Assembly: GCF_964194155.1 (NCBI RefSeq)
Contig: NC_135908.1
Coordinates: 8,618,001 to 8,682,000, forward strand
Reading direction: 5' to 3'
From: Cetorhinus maximus
Lineage: Eukaryota
Length of the DNA: 64,000 bases
The position numbers and the translations under genes were made by a program. Shown in pieces: positions 23,451-35,960 of this stretch. How positions within the stretch are numbered: position 1 is the first letter of the stretch; the number at the start of each line of letters is the position of its first letter. The notes beneath the pieces were generated by a model. The model did no database searches, had not been told where the DNA came from, and worked only from the letters and a program-made list of their open reading frames with translations.

Positions 23451-24514
23451 CTAGTACTGTTGTGTAGGAGATGGGTGGGAGAACTTAATTGTGCTGAACC
23501 TGGGTTGAATGCTGTTTCTGCATTGCTGTTTTAAGTATAAATTATTCAGTCTGTACGCTATGGATACTGTAATCGTTTATTAGCCCTTTGGTATTCAAAC
23601 TGGGGAGATGACTGCCAGCAGTATATACCAGATTTGGTCAGGTTCGATGTACTTGCCCTATTGTGAAAGGTTTTAGTATAGCAGAATGTATGATGTTTTG
23701 AAATTATTTCCCTGTACTCTGCCTATGCTGTCAGGTATTGCTACTTGATATAAACCACCCTTTAAAAGTTGATAGGTGAAAGATCATCCAATTCTTATGA
23801 AGTGTGAGGGTATATGTGAAATGCTGGTGTGTGCAATTTTTATATGATGTCTACTTGATCTCTGTAAAAACATCCAGCAGTACAATTGTAAATCCTTATC
23901 CTCCAAATGTGGGTTGTATCCGGAGAGACCACTTTGAGTTCCAGAACACCAGAATAAATTGATGATAATTGCAAGACCTTACCAGGTGGGCACAATTTGG
24001 CGTGATGGATTGGGAAAAAAAAAAATTATTTCGAGTTATCAACAGTCACAGATTGCAACTCTTTTGAGTACAATCACAGTTCTTGGTTTCCGGGAGTGGG
24101 ACATGAACCCACAACCTTCTGATTCAAAGGCGAGGGTGCTATGGACTGAGCCACAGCTGACACCTCGTGATGGATTGGAAGTAGCACACAGGAAGAATAC
24201 AGCAGTAAATGTTTTTACTTGAGTATGAATTTTCCTGTGATGTATTAGTTTCAGTACAGTAAATAAGCCTGATAATATTGTATATAGTGTTCAGACTATA
24301 TTAAATGGTTGGTTATCTTCTCATTGGCTAGTTAATTTTAGGCTTGTATTTTAATGATAGATGATATTGCATGCAGTTTTAAGCCTGAGTACTTTTTGTC
24401 CTGGCAGCAGCAATTCTGTTACTTCAATCTAGGGATAAGCATTTACTTTCTGCCTCTTCTGGTTCCTCCATGTGCCACACATGTTAATATAGGTATATAA
24501 TATAGGCACTAAGG

Positions 24515-24990
24515 AAAGTGAAAAAAAGATTTACAAGGATGATACTGGAACTGAGGGGGACCTATCAGGAAAAACTGAACAGGCTGGGTGAGGTTCTTTT
24601 CTCTGGAAAGGAAAAGATTCGGGTGACCTGATAAAGGCTTGTGAGGGTAGATGTAGAGAAGGTGCTTTCATTTGTGGGGGAGTCCACATCTAGGGGCTGT
24701 AAACATAAAGTAGTCATTAATAAATCCAATAAAAAGTTGATAAACTTCTTTACTCGGAGAATAGTGGGAATGTGGACCTTGCACTCAAATGGAGTAGTTC
24801 GAGGCAAGTAGCATAGATGCAACTAAGGGGAAGCTAGATACAAATGCGAGGGAGAAAGGAATAGAAGGATATATTGCTAGGATGAGATGAAATAAAAATC
24901 ATAGGAGGCTCATATTGAGCATAAACATGAGCATAGACTATCAGTTAACTTAGTGGCTTGTTCCTGTGATGTAAATTCTATGTAATATGC
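24515..24990 (+). mobile_element. Old CR1 3' fragment (similar remnants at ~21830-22230 +, 10410-10770 -, 28440-28640 -, 37960-38305 -, 40640-40790 -)
   Basis: ggtgacctgata, gggtagatgtagag and tctaggggc...aacttctttact CR1 3' hallmarks. Confidence 0.7.
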
Positions 24991-25207
24991 TATATGTTTC
25001 AAAGCTTTATTTTTTGGAATTTTTGCTGTTTGTTTATTGTCCTGTTACTTGTTTTTTTCCAGTTTTTTAATATTATGTTACAGTTTTTGCTTGTTAGATT
25101 AATTGAACTTTTTTCCTTGGTAGTCAAAGCTAGTCCCTAATTTGTAGGCTTTAGTTTCTTGCTGTAGAGCCTTGATCTAATTGATATCCGTAAACTTGAT
25201 GCTTCAG

Positions 25208-25650
25208 AAGTGGCAGCTGTGGTCAGTTGGTAGCACACTCATCTCTGAGTCAGAAGGATGTGCGTTCAAGCTCCATTCCAGAAACTTGAGCATATAAATC
25301 TGATAAGACTGCAGTGCAGTACTAAGGGAGGTGTTGTGTTTTGGATGAGACATTACTGAGGCCCCATCTACTCTCTCAAGTGGATGTGAAAGATCCCACG
25401 GCACCATTTTGAAGAAGAGCAGGGGAGTTCTCCCTGGTGTCATGGCCAGTATTTTTCCCTCAACTAACGTCGTTTAAAAAAACCCAGATAATTTGGTCTT
25501 TATCACATTATAGTTTATGGGAGCTTGGCTGCAGGATTTCCTACATTACAATAGTGACTACACTTCGAAAAGTACTTTGGTTGTAAGTACTTTTGGGCAT
25601 CCTGAGATTGTAAAAGGTGCTGTATAAATGCAAGTATTTCTTTCTTTCTC
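25208..25650 (+). mobile_element. tRNA-derived Deu-domain SINE (SacSINE1/AmnSINE1-like) with L2-type tail
   Basis: Head gtggtcagttggtagc...gttcaagctcc; core gatcccacggcaccattttgaagaagagcaggggagttctccctggtgtc; tail aaaggtgctgtataaatgcaag. Family name from recall, not a database search. Confidence 0.8.
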
Positions 25651-27094
25651 ATAAAGTTTACCCTCTTTGTATAGTACAGCCTCTCCCAATTTTATGTTAG
25701 TGACCACTTGAATTGCGAGAAAGAGATCGTGAACAAATGGATGGCATCACTTGATTATTCCCTGCATCAGTGAGAGCTTTGAATCCTTCCCTTTATGAAA
25801 CAAGAGGAACTTACTGTCTCCAGATTAAATCGAGAATTGAGTGTCGATCTGATCCCAGAAGTGTTTTTAATTAAAAATGCTAAATTAGCTCCTTTAATAT
25901 TGACTCTATGGCAAAGACATTAGATTTTTCAGCATTTGTGTAACATTCTTCTCCTAAAATTTGTTTGTGTTAATAGTTTTCTCTGCCAATTCCCCCTCCC
26001 TCTTTTCTGGAAGGTGTTGACTTCTTGCTGTAGTACAGATTCATTAATAAAATTGCATCCTGATGGCAAGCCTAAGCAACCATTATTGTGTGGGCCTAGA
26101 CTGCGAATGTTAATCATTTATTTCATTATGGATTGAATGGAACTCTGCAGCTCCACAAGCATTCTTGTAACAGTGTTGCTGCAATATAACCATACCCTGA
26201 AAGAAGCCTGGTGTTTACTGGCTGCTTCATTGAATGCTGAGAAATGACAAGTTAATGAATATGCTGCTTTTGAAAAGAAACAGACACAATATTATATTTT
26301 CTTGATAAGCAGCATGTCAAATACGTGACCACAGAAAAGGCGACACAAGATATTTTTGGCTAAACTCTTTGCGAGTAATGTTTTGGTGTCAACTTGTTAA
26401 AAAGAATATTTTCTAAAATCGGATCATGGATTAAATGTTTTTATTGGAAATCCATACTAACATTGGCCCCTGAGTCCAGAAATGTGTAGTAGTGATATGA
26501 AACCTGCTGATGACATTGTTCAGAGTAGATTTCTTCACTGATTTACTAGACAGGTGGCAGATACAACAGCCTGATTTACCAGTGTAATACAAAGTTGAAC
26601 CATTCAGTTGATGAAATATTCTCACTTTTTTTTTGCTCATCAATTTTCTAACCTCTGCTCTGCAACTGCTAATACGTGCTGTGGTGCAGTCCCACAGATG
26701 CCAACATTCTTCTGGTACTTCATGTGTGAGCTCAAACAGGGAACACTGACAAATTGTTTAGCTGGTGGGGCATCTCAGCCAAATGTGATCCTGTATTCAT
26801 CTAAGACATGTTTCAACTTGTGAAGATCATTATATCAATCCAATTTATTATTGCTGATTTCCAGACTGATATGTTTTCCAATAGGAATTACCAGTTAGGT
26901 ATTGTTGGGAATTCTGAATGACATTTCCATTTCATGGACAGGGACACAGGCCAATTTTGACATCTCTAGCTGTGGTCACTTAACTCGGGCTAGGGATGGA
27001 ATCTGGGACATTGCTGTTCTGTGTGACACAGTTCTACATTTGGTAGTGCGCTATGAGGCTGACTGAGGAACAGAGTATTTGAGGGCCAGGATCT

Positions 27095-27965
27095 CAAACC
27101 TGAGACTAAGGTAATGGTTTACTGGGTGACAGTGATCCCTGTGCTCCTATATGCTTCAAAGACTTGAACAGCCTACTGCAGGCAACTCAAAGCACTGGAG
27201 AAGTACCACAGTGGTGCTTTTGCAAGACCCTCCAAATCCGGTGACAAGAAAGGCAGTGCAACAGCAGCGTCCTCTCCCAAGCCAACATGTCTAGTTAATT
27301 ACTAAGATAAAAGCAGAATACTGTGGATGCTGGAAATCTAGAACATAAACAAAAATACCTGGAAAGACTCAGCAGGTCTGACAGCATCTGCAGAGAGGGA
27401 TACAGCTGACGTTTTGAGTCAGTAGCGGACTCGAAACATCAGCTGTATCCCTCTCTGCAGATGCTGTCAGACCTGCTGAGTTTTTCCAGGTATTTTTGTT
27501 TATGTCTAGTTAATCGCTCAAAATCAGCTTTGCTGGGCAGGTCATGTCATTCGTATGCCTGACACCAGACTCCCAAAGCAACTTCTCTACCTTGAACTCG
27601 ACCTCAGCAGGAAAATTCCGGGAGGACAGCAAAATTGCTTTAGGGATGTTCTCGAAGCATTCCTGAAGTCAAACATCCCCATTGACTCATGGGAGTCCCT
27701 GGCTTGTGACTGACCAAAATGGAGAAGGTTCATTCGGGAAGGCACCAAATACATCGAGAGACTTTGTCCGGAATATACAGAGGTGAAGTTGAAGCATCTG
27801 AAAGGGTGCACAAATCTTCAAACAGTTCATCTACCCAACCCTTCAAGCACCACCGCATGTGGCAGAGTCTGCAGATTATGCATTGGATTTATAAGCCATC
27901 TCAGAACCCATCGAATCGGAGCGGAAGCACTCATCCTCAATCCCAAAGGACTACCTAAGACAAAG
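27095..27965 (+). mobile_element. RTE-clade LINE 3' fragment, interrupted at ~27300-27510
   Basis: VIPVLLYASxT, LKALEKYH, QNQLxWAGHVIRMPDTRLPKQLLY, GGQ and a C-terminal CGRVCR...SHLRTH zinc motif. Confidence 0.88.
27308..27509. mobile_element. Penelope-derived hairpin insertion inside the RTE
   Basis: Arms 27338-27420 and 27428-27509 with a one-sided tail; direct repeat ATGTCTAGTTAAT (27287-27299, 27502-27514). Confidence 0.8.
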
Positions 27966-30900
27966 AGATGAAACTGAGTGATGGGGCACCTGGCCAGTTG
28001 TTCCTTTCCCTTAAAAAATAATAGCAAATAATGTCTAACTTTGGTCCGCAAAGCCAAATCTGAAAAATATCCACATTGGATTTAACTGGACCCCCCCCAT
28101 GCACCCCCCCACCTCAAAGCTAGTTGATACGGATTGTGTATTGTTGAAGTTGCATGAATTTTGACACAAACTTCGAGCAGTACAGTTATTAATTATATAA
28201 CCAGTATTATATAATAATCATGATTAGTTAATGCAGCCATTGAAAATATAAAACTTTCTCATTTTCTTTAATGTAGCATTTCTTGTTCTAAATAAAAATG
28301 GATGTTTGTCAACCGGCACCCCAGAATGTTATTCCAAACTGTTTACACAAATTACACTGTTTCAGGTCCTGGCAATAGTTACAGGGTTTAAAATATAGAC
28401 TGATTTGGTTGTAACAAGCGCATAACATTTCAATTTAAATTAGGAACATAGTAATAGGAGTGGACCATTTAACCTCTCGAGCCTGCTACACAATTCTATT
28501 AGGTCATGATGAACTCTACCTCAACTCCATTTGCCCACCTTTAACCCCGAACCCATGCAGAAAAACAACTTGTCCATCTGAGTCTTAAATGTCAGTTAAG
28601 CCAACCTTCGCAGCCTTCTGGGGGCGAGAATTCTCGTTTTCCATGACCAATTGTATAACTTCTGCATTGTCGTTACAGGAATTTCTGTGAAGTGTAGTGG
28701 TGGGCTTGTGAAATGTTCATATTTTGCCCACTTGAATTCTGAAAGGCAACTAGCAGCACAAAAATGCAATGAAAAACATTTTGCGATTGCTTTAATTTTT
28801 AAATCCCACTCTCTTACTTTAGTCCAGGTTGTATATTTATAGAAACTTGCTTTCGACAGCAAATCTGTGGCCAAATATTCTGAAATGTGCAAGGCTCCTC
28901 CATGTTCCTTGAGGACAAAGTGTACTTGCGTAGGAAAGATGTGTTGATCTGGCTTGGATGCATCATATCTCTGTCACTTCCAGACAACAATAGCAGCTTG
29001 CATTTACACCAATGTATTTTTTTTAGTTAAGTACTGTTGGTCAAAGAAACAAAGCAGTTGAGCATATTTTTGGAGGATTTCTGTACTGTGCCTTAACATC
29101 CTGTGTAAGGCACATCCTGTGAATGCTGGGTGTGTAATTGAAATAGCTTCTCTTCATTGTTGGGTGTATGATGGAGACACATGGTCTAATTATAGCAGCA
29201 AGAACAGCACTTACTAGAGCTATCCAGAAATGTCTGAAAACCTCCAGCTGGAAAGTACTCTGTTTAAATAAGTCAGATTTGCAGCAGCTTATTTTTTTCT
29301 TGGTGCACTTTTTGTGTACAAGTATACTATGGAGGTTATCATATGTTTTCCAGTTTCCTCATATTTATATCTCTGTCACTCTATCCTCTCTGACCACTTG
29401 TTTTCCTCTTCCCAGCATCAGCCCACCCCTCTCTTGCTGACCCTTGATGCTCCCTACCCCATTATCTTTCTTCTTCGATGGAGACAACGAGATATAGACA
29501 AAGAAAGAACCACAGCAAAATGTTTATTAAACCCAGAAAAATTCAACATTTGGTAATGTTATGCTATGGTGTGTATGATTGTTATGATCAGTCTTTTCTT
29601 ATCCAACAAATTGATCAATAGTATAACCAGAAAAACCCAAAACTCAAAAATATTGCATTGCTTGTGCAAAATTACTTGTGGTTATCTATAGCTTTTCCAA
29701 TTTACCATTAAATTGAGTAATTTCTAGCATTTTCTAATGCTGGGACCTAAAGCCCAGTATTTCCATATTTCTACAGCCAAAGGCTACTATATATTTCAAT
29801 GTTATTTAATTTAGGCTGAGTCACTGTCAGAGGAGCAATATAGTACGGTTTATAAAATTGGAACAATCCAAAGAGCTTGTTTTAAATTTTTATTAAGGCT
29901 AAATCATTGTAATTGCAATGTCTAAGTCTGTAATGTTTTCTTTCCGCACTGAAAACTTACTTTTACAAAAAAAAGTGCTTTGCATGCTTGTTAAGAATTA
30001 TGTGAGAGTTCTAACCTTTTATGATTTCAGCGTATGGTGACACTGCTCTTTATATCTTGTGCAGTTATGCTGAGATTTAGAGAGCTGATGGCTAGGATGT
30101 GGTTTGTCCATTTTGCTTATGTAGTATGGTATAAGTGATGCAAACTGCTTTGGAGTGATACATGCCCTCGGGCCCTGCATTCCCATGCATCAATTTGTCC
30201 TTGTGTTTCTGATTCTGTTGGTGAAATGGACTGTAAATAATCGCTGAAAATGATCTGATTTTTTTTTAAAGGTTGTATTTATTTCAGTTTTGGCTTTGCA
30301 AGAGCTTGTTGCTGAACACAGACTATCTAGGATAATGTTTGCTGCATTTCCTTCCATTAGATTACAGTTGCCTGAAATCACTGCTATTGTGTTCCTATGT
30401 GATACATTATGAAATTCCAGTCATCTTCCTGTAGCTCACTGGGGCTCAGCTAAATATATATTTCTTCATATATCTGCACGAACAAACTTTTATGATGGGG
30501 AGCCATTACAGCTGAGCCTAATTACCAGACAGAGATCAGGAATGAGAACCTATAAATCCAACTCTTCCACTAAGTGTTCAGCTGTTGCCCCAACAAAGTC
30601 AGTTCATTTAACCCAGATTCTGGGATCTTCTCATCTGTGTGGTTTAATTCACCACATGGTGCATTTGTGCCACACATGCCAACTGTTTCAGTTTCAATCT
30701 GTTTCAATCACTAACTCTGGTAGCAAATGCTATTGCTTTACAACACTTTTTAATAAAGAAAAGTTTATCTTGCGGCCTCCTTAAATCTCCTACATTTAAT
30801 CTTACACCTCAATTCCTTCATTCAAGACCCCTCTCACTAAATCTGGTTCTATTATTCTGCCCCAGATCTTTGTAATTTGAATGCTTCCATTAATTTAACT

Positions 30901-31729
30901 TTATTGGAATTCTTCTTTTGGTTAAAATAATTTATTTAACAATGAATTTGCTCCAAAATGTAAAGATATGTAGTAAACCCAAACTATTTGATTGTTAATT
31001 TGGATTGATGTAGGTAGCAGGAGTATTTTAGGATAATGGGTAGAGGGTGACAAATAGATTCAATATGTACATGTGGATACTCAGTGACGTGGCCAGAGGC
31101 ATTTGGAATAGGGTTTTGTGCCTATTATTTTGCTGATTCAGTATGAGATAGCTAATGAGAATAAGACCAAATTATTTCTTTTTGGGGCTTTATTGGCACT
31201 GTCAATTATTTCTCTCCCCACTCATAAACTGATGTACTTTGACCAATTTAATTGGGAAAACATAACTGCAGCACAGCGTTTGCTCAGTCACCTTCTTTGA
31301 AAATGCCCTGCTGCAAAATACTCTGTTGTTCAATCATTGTAATTAAGAATTAAAGGATTTTGTCACCACATATTTCTGGATTGATTTTTCTCCCTTATTT
31401 TGCCAAAGGAGTTGATTTTTGCTGTGGTAGTTATATATGCTGGCTGTTGTATGGTACCAAACCAAAAGTAACCATTATTCATAGATTAGCCCAGAAAGTG
31501 AATGCCAAAAAGCTGATAAAAGATATCACAGTTAAGCTGGATCCTATCATCAACCCAAGTACACTTTCCAGTAGCAATCTGGATTTTGAGAGCTGGAACT
31601 CTGGTTCATTTCCCTCCACTACCTGGAATGTTGAGGCCTGTGAAGCACCTAGTAACTGGAAAGGATTTGAATCAGGTCTCTTACTTGATGCTATGTGGGC
31701 AGTGGTTTTACATAGAATTAAATAGAAAT

Positions 31730-32560
31730 TACAACATGGAAACAGGCTGTTTGACCCAATCGACTCATGTTGGTGTTTATTTTCCATTTGAGCAGTCGTC
31801 CTTGTCACACACCCCTTTATTTCCCTTTCCTTTAACCACCTGTCTAACCAATTTTTAAATGTTGATAGTGAGTGAAGCAGAGACTGACTCTACTAACTCC
31901 ACAGCTTCTCAACCTTCTGTGTAAAGAAGTTTATCCAGCTTTTATCCTAGGTCTTTACACATAATCTTTCCCTTTTGTTCTAGAACTCTATCACTGGAAA
32001 TTGTATTACTATCTCCTCTGCTCCATTAGTTCATCATTTTTAAGCACTTCTATCAAATCACCCCTTACTCTCTTCTGTTCTAACAAAACAGCTCCAAATT
32101 TTCCAGTCTTTTTGTATTTGTAGTTTGTTATATCAGGTGTCATCCTGGTGAATCTATTTTGTATCCTCTTTATTGCCTCAACACCTTTCCTATACTGTGA
32201 AGCCTGAAAATGCATACAGTATTCTAACTGTAATCTTACTAAGACTTTTATATGGATTCACATATATTTTGACTTTTATATTCAACACTTCTCACCAGAA
32301 AACCATGTATTCTATTATCTTTGTTCACTTGAGATGATGCTTTTAATATCCACTACACACTGCCTTCCCCCATTCAAAGTATAACTACTCATTTTTTTCA
32401 ACCAAAATGTTCCAGCTTTCACTTGCTGACATTGAATTTCATCTGCTGTTATTGGTCCATCCATCACCTTATCTACCCTCTTGTAGCTACCTTTGGGTCC
32501 TCAGATTTAATCTGCCTCCTGTTTTAGTATCATCTGCAAATTTGGACATGACTCCCTGCC
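31730..32560 (-). mobile_element. Old CR1 3' fragment
   Basis: ORF 32009..32215 ...IQNRFTRM...EQKRVRGDLIEV. Confidence 0.75.
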
Positions 32561-35500
32561 ATATCCACTAGGCCAGTGCAGGAACTGGAAGTAGTGACTG
32601 AAAAATATTGGTAGTATCAAAACAATGTTGGAAATACTCAGCAGGTCTGGCAGCATCTGTGGAGAGAGAAACCGAGTTAACATTTCAGTTCTGCTGAAAG
32701 GACATTGATCTAAAAAGAGTTAAAATTGTAACTGGTTTTAAGCAAGATTAGAGGCAGGGAAAAGGATGGAAGGGAGAAGAGAATATGATATGAGAAATCC
32801 ATTGACTGCTTTATAGTGTTTAACTATAAGGAGTAGGATCACTTAGTGCTACAGTAGTACTCCTGCCTGTTGAAAATACACCCCTTTGGTTATGGTTCCG
32901 TTCCACTGTCAGTAAAATGGACTGAAAATCTTTTTGTGCTGTATTGTGGCCGGGGCTTGTCAGTTGAGTGGACTTGTGGCAGAAAATTGATGTGGTTTTT
33001 TTAAGCTGAGTTTGTTTTTGACACGCAAAGCAGATGTACTCAAAACAGCTGAACTATTACAGGTTATTTTATTGAATAAATATTTAACTTTCAATAGCCT
33101 TGTGAGTGTAGACAATGATCCATTAATTTTGTAGTGGAGAAGGGAGGTGTGTTTAGAAGATTGGAGAGATATAGATTGGTATGCATAAATCAAATTGTCC
33201 ATCATTATAGTCTCATCAAAATGATACCTGCAGTCAGCACAAGATTAAATTTAACTCTTCTCCTTTATTTCCCCTATTATTATTATTATTATATTTCCTG
33301 CATTACAACAACGAATGCACTTCTAAAAGTACTTAAATTGTACGTACAATTCCCACCCAATTGTATAATTGTGGTTTTGGATCTCATGAGGTTGTGAAAG
33401 GTGCTGTAGAATTGCAAGTCTTTCAAACCAATAGAAAATTAGGAAATTGGGCAGCAGTCATTCTTTTAAAAAAAAGGCTCTGCATTGAAATACATTTATT
33501 GTTGATCTTGTGTATATAGTGGCCATAAAATATTTGGGACCAATAGTGAAGGCAGGTCTTGTACATAAGTAATCTTCCTTAGGGGTCACCCTTAGCAATG
33601 TCATTTTGCCAAAGATGGCAGACCTATCAGCACCACCATCATTCCATTACATTATTGTCAGTTGTCGGTTAAAACAAGATTTAATAGAGGAGAAATGTAT
33701 TTGTGACACAAATTCATATAAAGGTGAGAATTTTGGCAAATCTGAATTTTTACTGTCTTTGTCCACAATATTGTCTGACTGAAGTCCTTCAAAATATTTG
33801 GGGTAGTTTAGTCAGGTGTGTTATGTCAAGTTCATCTTAAAGGTGAGTGTATAGGGGGGGAAATACTTTAACATGAAGTTAACCTCTAACAGAAGAAAGA
33901 ATAAAATAGAAATTGGAATAAAAAAGAAAGTGAAAACATTAAAATATGTCAAAAAAAAATATATATGGGGAGAATGATTAATACCAAATGAAGTTAGCTT
34001 ATTAAACCCAGGGACTATATTCTGTAGAAATTGGCTATTCTAAGCTTGTAACCTGAAAAATACTTTTTTAACCCATGGTCTACTACTGTAACTCTCTGTT
34101 GCCATCCATATTTGTATAATGTTACACTGAATTACCTTTGCATCTCCTTGTATTAAGATCTGACCAGCCTCTTTTTTAAAAAAAGAACAGAAGTTGGATG
34201 CAGAAAAGGCACATTCTTCAGGATGCATTGTAACTGTTTTAAAATGAATTTCCTGCTCCATAGCCATATCCCTCTTCTCTCTTAACTGTTGGTATTTTAA
34301 TAACTTCATTATCTTGAACTGTAATAGTTTCAAGGGTCAATGATTTGGATACAAAAGTTATAACGTATTTTCTCCTTAAATTAATTACTTTATACCTTAT
34401 GTTTTCCTTATTAATTTAAAGCAATAAAGTTCATAAGAATTAGATGGATAATTTAAAATGTTAGTTTTCTGAATGAGTTGAAAATCAGCAACTCCTAAAT
34501 GGGTAAGATTCAACTGGATTTGGGTTCTTCCAATTCCAGTTCAAGACTTCTGGGACTGCCTGAAGGTTGACATTTGAATCAGCCCCATTCAGAGCCTGAG
34601 TCCATCGGTTGTGAAGCGAACTATAATGAGTCAAAGAGGAAAAGCTAAACTCATGTTGCTGGAGATTGGCCTAACATAGAAAGCCATACAGTTGCTTCCT
34701 GTGGAGTTGCTGTTGTTGTTGTTGCGATTTCTCATTGTTTGCTGAAAGGAAGCCAGTTTGTGGGGTGGTGGTGGTGAGTTTGGGAAAGTGGAAGGAAGTA
34801 GTTGCTATATATGGCAACTGTGGCAGGCAGGTTGGCCCAGTGGCGACAGTTTGTATCACATTTTCCCAGCTGATACTCTGATGTAATAATAGAAACCAGT
34901 TCCTTTCAGGAATCTTTTTGTTATCAGTTGAAACTAGCTTCTTGGCAATTCTTCTGCAGTCTGCTACAGAAGGATCAGTTAGCAGTCCACCTACGTCCTC
35001 CGTTTTGGAAGCTACAATGCATGTCCATCTTTAGAAACAATTTATACGCAAACTTAAGTGGTTACTTCACTACAACAACTTGCATTTATACAACACCTTT
35101 TAACATAGTAAAACATCTTAAGGCAATTCAAGGAACAATTTGTCAAACAAAATTTGATACCGAGCCACAAAAGGAGATATTAGGACAGATGACCAAAAGC
35201 TTTATCAAATACAGATTTTAAGGGATTAAAAGATGAATGAGAGGTTTAGGTAGGAAAATGCAGACTTAATAGTTGTCTGTTCAACTGCATCAATATCACA
35301 GCAACCAAACTGTATGCTTCATACTTTTTCATGTGTTACTTATTTCTTAACTCTGCTTAGCTTTCCTAGCCCATCTTTGTTCATACAGCTTGTCGTGCCC
35401 CTAATAGATTATTGGCTAAGCCTGACTTGTTCTCTTGTACCTTACTTTACTTTTTTTCTTTTTTTAAAACTTCTAATATAAGTTAAACCTGATCATGATA

Positions 35501-35579
35501 CATGGCTGTGATACCACCTTTCCCAGTGGTTGGGTTGCTTGTTGATTTTAATATCAAGTTTCCCAATGTGGCCACTTGA

Positions 35580-35960
35580 TTGTCATACTAGTAGAACAGC
35601 TGTCACTCATTGCTGGGTTAGAGATCTATGTAGGAGGTGAATGATGAGCGAAGAGAAGGGAATGATAAAAATTGGTGGACAACTTCTTCTGTTTTGAGTA
35701 GGGACATGGGGAGGCAGAAAAATTCAGTCAGAGTCCCCAGTTATAATAATTATCCAATAATTCCTAATGGAAAAGTCACATACCAAAGGCTAGTGAAAGC
35801 AGGATTAGGCTTGATTGTAATGCCTGGTACAGTTGAATAGCCTGCTTTCACTGCTCATTGGAAGAACAATAACTTAGGTAAGGTGTAAGAAGGTTACTGG
35901 TGTCCATGGTCTTGTGTCTGCAGATGAGTTAAGTTTTGAGAGGTGGAAAATGGAGAGGGA
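35580..35960 (+). mobile_element. Ancient LF-SINE-like remnant (similar pieces at ~930-1060, 1480-1700, 13160-13470, 39640-39920 -, 46440-46640 -, 55000-55230 -)
   Basis: Shared decayed motifs across copies (ttggcctcagtgcccc, gggagggaaaaatcagcc, gttcctgctcctgat, atccagtgaccc-like). Highly diverged, so the family name is tentative. Confidence 0.5.
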
